Shown piece after piece: positions 36,911 to 44,371 of a DNA stretch of 44,371 nucleotides. The notes under the pieces were generated by a model. The model saw only the letters and a list, made by a program, of their open reading frames with translations. It was not told where the DNA came from and did no database searches. Position numbers and translations under genes: made by a program. How positions within the stretch are numbered: the first letter of the stretch is position 1; each line of letters opens with the position of its first letter. Location of the stretch: contig NC_068986.1 in assembly GCF_001194135.2 (NCBI RefSeq), forward strand, positions 104,522,713 through 104,567,083, read 5' to 3'. The stretch comes from Octopus bimaculoides (Eukaryota).

Positions 36911-37080
36911 TATATACGACAGTTTTCTTTCAGTCTCTGTCTACCAGTTCCACTGACAAGACTTTGGTTGGTCCGTCGCTATAGTAAAGACACTTGCGCA
37001 AGATGCAACGCAGTGGGACTGAACCCGGAATCATGTGGTTGGTAAGCAATCTACTTACCACACAGCCACTCCTACGCCTA
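36632..37080 (-). mobile_element. CORE-type SINE, full length, internal (CA)/(CT) tract
   Basis: Reverse complement of the 30166 family from tail 'ttcttttatttgttttagtc' to head 'cacacagccactcctacgcc'. Confidence 0.9.
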
Positions 37081-37083
37081 AAA

Positions 37084-37251
37084 ATCGTTGCTATTATGTT
37101 AAACTGTCACATGTCCAAATGTGGCCGATGCCAAGATATAAAAATTGTCAAAACATAGTACAACGGTTTTACTATGGAATGGTGAAACTATTTTTTTCGT
37201 TTTCTGAAAAAATAATGTTTGGTCTTACGATACATTTGCATAAGAACAACG

Positions 37252-37256
<5 letters not shown>
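37084..37256. mobile_element. Shorter copy of the 24291-24545 MITE
   Basis: Ends 'atcgttgctattatg' and 'cataagaacaacgatatg|ta'; interior is reverse-complementary to the 24.3 kb copy but about 85 bp shorter. Confidence 0.7.
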
Positions 37257-37282
<26 letters not shown>

Positions 37283-37321
37283 TGTATGTATGTATGTATG
37301 TATGTATGTGTATGTATATGT

Positions 37322-37458
37322 ATATTATTGACAGTGACTCCGATGTTTCATTCAGTTTAGCCATCGTCGAACTGCGATGCATTCTAGGTTAAACGCTATG
37401 CATCACTGTTCGACAATGACTTAACTGAACGAAACTTCGAATTCACTGTCAGTAATAT
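37322..37458. repeat. 137-bp palindrome (MITE-like hairpin)
   Basis: 54-bp core arms 37329-37382 and 37398-37451 with 9 mismatches; extends outward through atatta/taatat. Confidence 0.85.
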
Positions 37459-38081
37459 TCTTGTTTAAGAATAATAAATTTGTGCAGAACAAAAGTATAG
37501 AGTAACCTATGACATTAATGGAAAATTATTTTAAATAATAATTTAACATAAAAACAAACATTAACTTCATGTGTGCGTATGTGCAAATGTGTGTGTGTAT
37601 ATATGTGTATGCGTGTGTGTGTACGAGGCTTATATAAATTAGACTGCTTGGCTGCCGTCTAATGACTGAAATAAGTAAAATATATATGTCTATGAATGTA
37701 TGTGTATATATGTTTCCACACACACACACACACATACACACACACACACACACACATACACACACACCCATAATAGCATTACACCTAACCATTTAAACCC
37801 GCGTGAAATTAAAAATAACTATTCTCCGATTTTCCTTTGGAATTATTTACATTTGAATAGAAGTATAAATCAGAGAGCAGAATATAACGAAAGTGTTCTT
37901 TTTTTGTCGTGTTATAGTATCATAGATAACATATCCTTTACACGTGATTTCCTAATGAATACTTGAATGTTATGCGGTAATCGTAACGTCGCCGATTACA
38001 TAATCACAGGGAAAAAGACCATGTCTTCAGAGGAAAATCGTAATTTAATCAAGTCCTTTGCAATACAGTGTTATGTCTTTT

Positions 38082-38235
38082 ACGTTCTCGTAACTGAACT
38101 GTTTCACAAAAGAAACCGATAGACTAAGTACCAGGCTTTAAATCTATTAAATACTGGGGTTGTTTGTTCGACTAAATTGTTCAAGGTGGTGCCACAACAT
38201 GGCAGCGTTCCAGTGACTGAGGCAAATAAAAGGGG
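38082..38235 (+). mobile_element. 3' fragment of CORE-type SINE
   Basis: 'caaaagaaaccgatagactaagtaccaggct..ctggggttgtttgttcgactaa..ggtggtgccacaacatggc..gtgactgag'. Confidence 0.6.
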
Positions 38236-39700
38236 AAAAACAAAGAAAAAACTATATATTCGTTATCCCTCCGTAATCTAGAATTAACAATCCAATCGAT
38301 AAACTTAGTAAAAGGATCACCCCAGAGTCTCTTTTGATTAAGGATTATGTAGCAGAGAGTGGTATTAGAAATAAAAGAAAATGCATAGAAACTCAATACG
38401 TATCTCAGACATATAATCAAAAACTGGGAAAATTACATGATTTAGCTCGTACTTTGAGATAAAATATCGTTTTTAATAAAGCACAAGTATTCCTAGATCT
38501 TATATGTAATCATTTTCGCAGCACGTACAGAAACAAAAAAAACCTTTAATGATAATAATAACATAAAATAATAAAAATTTAATTATAGCTATATCGAAAA
38601 TCTCGCTGCTGTAAAGTCAGTGATCAATAAAATAAATCATATAAATAAAAATGGAACTTAAGCGAAAATATAAACAGAGTCACAAAAAGGTCTTGAAACT
38701 CAATCTTTCTATAATTGTAATATTACTCCCATTTTCTCATCTTTATACAGTGGTGTGTTCCTTCATAAGCCATTTGTATATCGAGCCAGAGTGGCATCAG
38801 TCTATGCGATTGATTGAAATCATATCAGGCTTATAATCAATTATTTTAAAATACGATATATACAGCTCGTAAACTCCTTCCGGCATCCAAAACATAAAGT
38901 TGTACTACTTTGTTGACCAAATATTTCAGCAGCCTGAAAAACATAAGAGCGGAGAATTCATTATGATCAAATACACAATTAAAAGACAAAAGATAAAAAG
39001 ACAAAAATATCCTATATACAAATCGATCTAACAAATATCACTTCTACTCAACAGAAATAAAAAGTGCATAGTAATAAAGAATTTGCGATATTACTCAAAA
39101 AAGTCTTAACTGTTCTCTAGCTGTCAACACGTCCATTTATAGACAGACTAAATACCTGGATCTATAAACATTGGTCGCAAAAAATAATCACAAACATTTT
39201 ACAAGAATCATCTGATAAATCCTTAAACTAAATGTTTCTAAAGCTATTATATTCCGACCATTAAAATAATTCCTACATTGCCTTATATTTTCGATTTTTC
39301 TCTTTTATTTTTAATTCCAGTTCTTTAATTTATACATTTTTCCATTTATTCAATTTACATTTAATGATTAAATTATTTTTTATCGATAAATTTTGTATAT
39401 TTTATTTCTTTATTTAATATCTATGTTCTCTTACCTTATGTTTTATTGTATCTCGTGTATTAATTACTTTTATCTATCATTTTCATCATATTTATTTACT
39501 TATTTATTATTTATATTCAATTGTATTCTTTTTATTTTGTTTATTAATTATATTAATATTATCTTTATGATATCATTTTTTAATTTCGTTTTGACATTAC
39601 ATATTCATGCATATGTATGTGAGAGTGTGTGCATGTGTAATACATAAATAATGCATAAAAATACATACAGACACATACATATACAGATATNNNNNNNNNN

Positions 39701-39868
39701 ATTTGTTTCACTCATTAGACTGCGGCCATGCTGTGAGACACCCTTGAAGGATTTTTAGGCAACGGAACCGACCGCACCATTTATTTCCTTTCATTAATCT
39801 GATGCTTACTCCATCTCTCTTTTGCGGAACCGCTAACTTACCGGGGACGTAAACACAATAGCAGGGGT
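39701..39868 (-). mobile_element. 3' fragment of CORE-type SINE
   Basis: 'tttgtttcactcattagactgcggccatgctg..ttttgcggaaccgctaacttaccggggacgtaaacac'. Confidence 0.6.
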
Positions 39869-40021
39869 GAATTTACATTTAGATTTATGAAAGAATTAAA
39901 AACTGCAGAAGAATTTGTGTTTCACGTTATGAAGGCTTCGTTGTGTTTATTAAGCAATTGTGGTGACTTCTGGCTTAAAATTTTGACGGGTTCTTTCCAG
40001 GAGAGCCCATAAAAACATGTA

Positions 40022-40258
40022 CAGAGTGTTCAAAAAGGTCTCTCCGCAGTGAATTATTTTCATCCTGCGCATCACCATGGCGCTCCTTCAAGAGTTTATC
40101 AGTGAACGGTTTATTATGAAGGGACTTTCATCAACAATATCAACTAATTTAACACCGCCAGAATTTTTTTTACCTGGGGAGCAAGTGAAGGACCAGTGTA
40201 GAAGAATCGCCCCAAAACCATTAAATAGTTACTGCGGTGAGACTTTGTGAACGCCCTG
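40022..40258 (+). mobile_element. 237-bp internally deleted Tc1/mariner element retaining both TIRs
   Basis: TIRs cagagtgttcaaaaaggtctctccgcagt and actgcggtgagactttgtgaacgccctg; TA on the left. Interior reads TMALLQEFISERFIMKGLSSTISTNLTPPEFF, which resembles ..GLWPPRSPDLTPPDFFLWG. Confidence 0.75.
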
Positions 40259-40328
40259 CATACATATGTATATACATGTGTGTGTTGTGTGTGTGTGTGT
40301 GTGTGTACGTGTTTGCGCATATGTATAT

Positions 40329-40370
<42 letters not shown>

Positions 40371-40931
40371 TATGGCGCTTCATGTTTGAAACTCTGATGA
40401 AAATGTGAGCTGTTTTTCAGTCGCACAGATATGTATCCACCGTATTTTACAGCTGAAACAGCTGTAAACTAATGAAGTTGATAAGATAATCGTTTACTTC
40501 TTTGTCATTTTTCTTGTATACATACATATATACATTCATTCATTCATACATACCGACATACAGTTATATATACACATATAAATAAATATATATATATATG
40601 TGTGTGTGCGTGTGTGTGCGTGTGTGTGTGTGTGCGTGTGTGTGTGTGTGTGTAAACGTAAGATCCAAAGATCAAGGTGTGGGAAGTTAGTAAGATTTGA
40701 AAGGTCTGTAGAAATAATTTAAAGAAACAACTTTTAGTAACAGTATTTGTTTCTTTAGGTAGAAGTTTGTAAATATTTCGCATATCGATGTTCGATAAGC
40801 TGAAAAACGTTATTTTATACCTTATGGTTAGCAGGTGGGGTTGACCATTATTTGGGCAATTATTCTTTCCGAGGTTCCGCTAGATATGAAAGATATGTAG
40901 CCTGGATTTTATCTACTGCATTCCCTAATTT

Positions 40932-40977
<46 letters not shown>

Positions 40978-41088
40978 TACATGTGTGTGTGTGATTGTAT
41001 CTGTATATATATTTCAAAATGTAACCTCATGTGGATAGTTGTCGATTTTTCCCTCCGTCTTCCTTTTCTCTTGGACTTACCTCCGTCT

Positions 41089-41161
41089 GGTGTTTCTGAA
41101 GAAGAGCTTTGCTCGAAACGTGAAGCTACCTTTCTTTCCTTCCCTGAGCGTCTGCTAATAC
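41089..41161 (+). ncRNA. Candidate type I hammerhead ribozyme motif (PLE pLTR or retrozyme-like), stem I non-canonical
   Basis: CTGAAGA (41096-102), A, stem II GAGC-ttt-GCTC, GAAA (41115-118), stem III ACGT/GCGT, cleavage triplet GTC (41150-152). Confidence 0.5.
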
Positions 41162-42313
41162 TTTGCATGTACTGCGTCCTCACCTTGTTGTTCTTTTTCT
41201 TGTGTTTCTTCTTCGCTTTTATATCTATCTATGTATCTGTCTATCTATCTATATATACATACATAAATATATCCATATATAAAGAAAGAGAGAGAGACAC
41301 ACATACACATATATATATATATATATTATATATATATGTATATATATATATGCATGTATGTATGTATGTATGTATATCAGCAATCACGCCTGACTTATAC
41401 TTAGAAAACCACCTTGACGATAACAACAAAAATAAGGAAATAAGTCGGTAAAAATATAAAAATATCTCAGATAAATGTTATAATAGAAAACTGAGTGTAA
41501 ACAAGTGTCAGATATAACGATATTTACCAAATATTTCACAAATGTAATCAGTCACTATTGCGTTGGCTGGCGATAAACGGTTATGAAGACTATATTATCG
41601 TGATACGCTTATTAATACCCATATCCTCAAAAGTACGGACCCGCAATAAGTGAGAAAGTACGTGCGTATATTTATGCGAATATATTTAGATGCACACACA
41701 CATACACCCTGTTGTGTGTGTATATATATATATATATGTATATAATTATGTGTATTTCTTCTATCTTAATGAATAAAAATTCTTCTGATAGAATAAATGG
41801 GTTAATAGAAACCAATGTAGCAAAGAACACAAAATAACTGTGGTTAGCTCCTGTTTTTAAGGCAGGAACTCCTTGAAATTTTGGGTATTTGAGTATCAAA
41901 GATCCCTATGGATCACACAGGTTGTAATCCTTTGAAACATATGTAGGAATAAAGTATGCAATTATAACATGCGTTTTCTCCAATCCTTAAATTCTTATAT
42001 ATATNNNNNNNNNNNNNNNNNNNNNNNNNNNNNNNNNNNNNNNNNNNNNNNNNNNNNNNNNNNNNNNNNNNNNNNNNNNNNNNNNNNNNNNNNNNNNNNN
42101 NNNNNNNNNNNNNNNNNNNNNNNNNNNNNNNNNNNNNNNNNNNNNNNNNNNNNNNNNNNNNNNNNNNNNNNNNNNNNNNNNNNNNNNNNNNNNNNNNNNN
42201 NNNNNNNNNNNNNNNNNNNNNNNNNNNNNNNNNNNNNNNNNNNNNNNNNNNNNNNNNNNNNNNNNNNNNNNNNNNNNNNNNNNNNNNNNNNNNNNNNNNN
42301 NNNNNNNNNNNNN

Positions 42314-42432
42314 GCTCAATCTCCCAGTGAACGATAAGCATGTTTGTGGAGTACTCAGCCACTTATAAGTTAACTTTACGAGCAAGTTAACTTTACGAGC
42401 TAGCACATTTGTCGTCATAACCGAAGGGATGC
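42314..42432 (+). mobile_element. 3' fragment related to the 10071-10460 SINE, followed by (TCTA)n
   Basis: 'tgtttgtggagtactcagccactt..gttaactttacgagc..gtcgtcataaccgaagggatgcca'; contains a 17-bp duplication at 42367-42400. Confidence 0.55.
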
Positions 42433-42437
42433 CAGTA

Positions 42438-42487
<50 letters not shown>

Positions 42488-42499
42488 CCTATCTATCTT

Positions 42500-43775
42500 T
42501 TTGGAAAATCTTTGTCCCGATTGAAATTCATGTATCGAATTCCAATAACATTGATTCAGATTCTGTAGTTAGGACGGTTATAATTTTGAAATATCGGAGG
42601 CTTTATTTTGGTGGATAAGTTGGCGCTAGTAAGTGGATTTTAAAGACAGGTTATGCGTTCTAAATATTGTTTTTTATATTCGCAGGTCATTCATTAAAAT
42701 AGAAATATGATGGATGATAAGGAGTGTTTCTTGGTTTACGTAATTCTTGGTAGTCTATCGTTTTACACGTGCTAGTGCATTATTCATTAAAGTGACTGGG
42801 GATTATCTTTCGAGTAATATAATTTAAAGTTCTTGGGAACTAGAGATACATTTGTGCTGATTCTTCGTAGTTCGTTAAAAGGCATATTTTCCATGGCACG
42901 AAGAAAATAGTACATATCCTTTCGATTATTTTGCTTTGAGGTATATGTCGGGCGTTTTATGATTAAGATATCGAAAAGGTTGTTGCTTTTTAGCACATTC
43001 CTTTGTAAATTGGATACTGTGATATTTTATATTAAGATTTTAAACACATGAAAGTTAGTCCAGATTGTGTTATCACAGCAGGAAATTATCATCCAGGTAA
43101 CATTTTCAGTTAGCGAGTAAGTGCTTGTGGAAGTTATGGAAGTTATGGAAGTTATAGAAATGTAACCTGGAATGCTGATTTATTTGGATTTCTAAGTATG
43201 CCATGATGAAATTAATATACGTGGGAGCAACTTTAGTCTCCCTTACAGTCCCAGAGGTTTGCTTGCAGATGTTTTGAAAGTGAAAAACAGTAATTTTGTA
43301 AGGAGAACTTTAGTACTTCAATGATAAATCATCTCATATTTAGTTTTGGTAAGTAATTTGAGAGTTATTTCCACCAGAACTTTATAGCTTCTAGTGTATA
43401 TTAATGTAGAATCGTGAGATTGGATTTTACTATATCAAGTGATACCAAAAGAGTACCTGGGTCGGCTTAGTCCGCTAGGTGGTGCAGATACTCTAAGGCA
43501 TCCCTTATGAAGTTCGATGTATGTGTGAGCATCGGTTTTAAATATATGTCACCGAAGTTACTTAGTCTAAGTATTTGACAGGACAATTCTGATATTTCAG
43601 CCTTAATTTGAGATCTTTAGAATGTGGCATGTTTATACCCATTGTGGTTGATTCTCTGCATGTTTCTTCTATTGTTTTGGTCTACTGAATTTTGGGATGA
43701 GCTTAAATATTTGTAGTTTTACACTGAAGCCTCATCAGGATGTACTTTTCCGTTAGGTTTTTACGAAAGTGTTGG
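42500..43775 (-). mobile_element. Second, unrelated Penelope-like element RT remnant
   Basis: Minus translation: NLTEK; CKTTNI*AHPKIQ*TKTIEETC; KDLKLR; LSNFGDIYLKPML; FIRDALEYLHHL; GTLLVSLDIV; LEAIKFW; TKVAPTYINFIMAYLE; YLDD (43088-43099); IQFTKE; DILII; NMPFNELRRISTNVS; FRTHN. Confidence 0.85.
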
Positions 43776-44230
43776 ATACACATATTCACATATACATATG
43801 GTTATTCCTTCACAGGTGCTTGCTTCGAAGTTTTAAACTTTGAACCATCAAAGATATAGCTTCATAACTATACATATCTATACGCACACATACTCATGTA
43901 AAGAGACCCCGCACACATATCTGTGTATATACGTACAAATGACATACACAAATACGTACGCAAGCTTACACACACACACACACACACACACATACACACT
44001 TAAGAGTATTTACAAATAAAGTGTGCAAATGAAAAACACATATACTGATTAGCATCTTAATATATTTGTATGTGTAAACATACCCATTCAACCCATCATA
44101 TGCACACAGAACCACAAGGAGTACATTTAGATGCACGCATGTGCACACATATATACGACTGCATACACACAAATATGTAATCATATACAGATATACATGC
44201 AGGAGGACATATATACTGATACATGGACAA

Positions 44231-44301
<71 letters not shown>

Positions 44302-44371
44302 GACGCTGATAAGATAAGAACTGGAAAATTTCTTTAAGAAACAAACTAATTTGAAAATTAAATTTACAAAA

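Noticed and set aside
38846-38935. Minus-strand acceptor followed by AAEIFGQQSSTTLCFGCRKEFTSC (zinc-finger-like CxxC)
   Set aside because: A single CxxC, no credible donor, and a stop soon after.
41896-41960. Minus-strand FLH..VIHRDL, resembling a kinase catalytic loop
   Set aside because: A stop follows immediately where Lys is required, no other kinase motifs are nearby, and HRDL is expected by chance in six frames of this length.
42660-42760. Plus-strand acceptor (tatattcgcag) and a short ATG ORF; similar signal at about 43815
   Set aside because: The first lies antisense within the PLE remnant and all frames stop early; the second abuts that remnant and also stops early.
43700-43745. 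Minus-strand CTGATGAGGC.. hammerhead-like start
   Set aside because: It is in-frame PLE RT coding sequence and lacks GAAA and U16.1.

Overview
AT-rich, microsatellite-dense eukaryotic DNA from a gapped short-read assembly: 15 N-runs, about 4.7 kb in total, mostly abutting (AT)n or (AC)n tracts. The SINE families resemble the octopus OR-type (CORE) and OK-type tRNA-derived SINEs, so the source is probably an octopod cephalopod. That is an inference from recalled repeat consensi, not a database result. I find no intact protein-coding gene; most supplied ORFs are microsatellite or N translations. The recognisable content is decayed transposons: two different Penelope-like (PLE) RT remnants, R4/Dong-type, CR1/L2-type and probably RTE-type LINE remnants, two DD37D (maT) Tc1/mariner families (one copy full length), several TA-flanked MITEs and about 15 SINE copies or fragments. 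Best leads: (1) a mariner derivative built from two LEFT ends with about 270-bp inverted arms, present twice with the same junction; (2) a roughly 560-bp element without a tRNA head, inserted three times into (AAT)n; (3) a hammerhead-ribozyme core at 41.1 kb plus two decayed ones; (4) repeated local template-switch or slippage products inside old TEs, including a perfect 28-bp foldback; (5) a possible spliced exon pair at 36.1-36.6 kb whose only long joined frame contains one in-frame TGA. I cannot claim a new biological system from the sequence alone; these are testable candidates.
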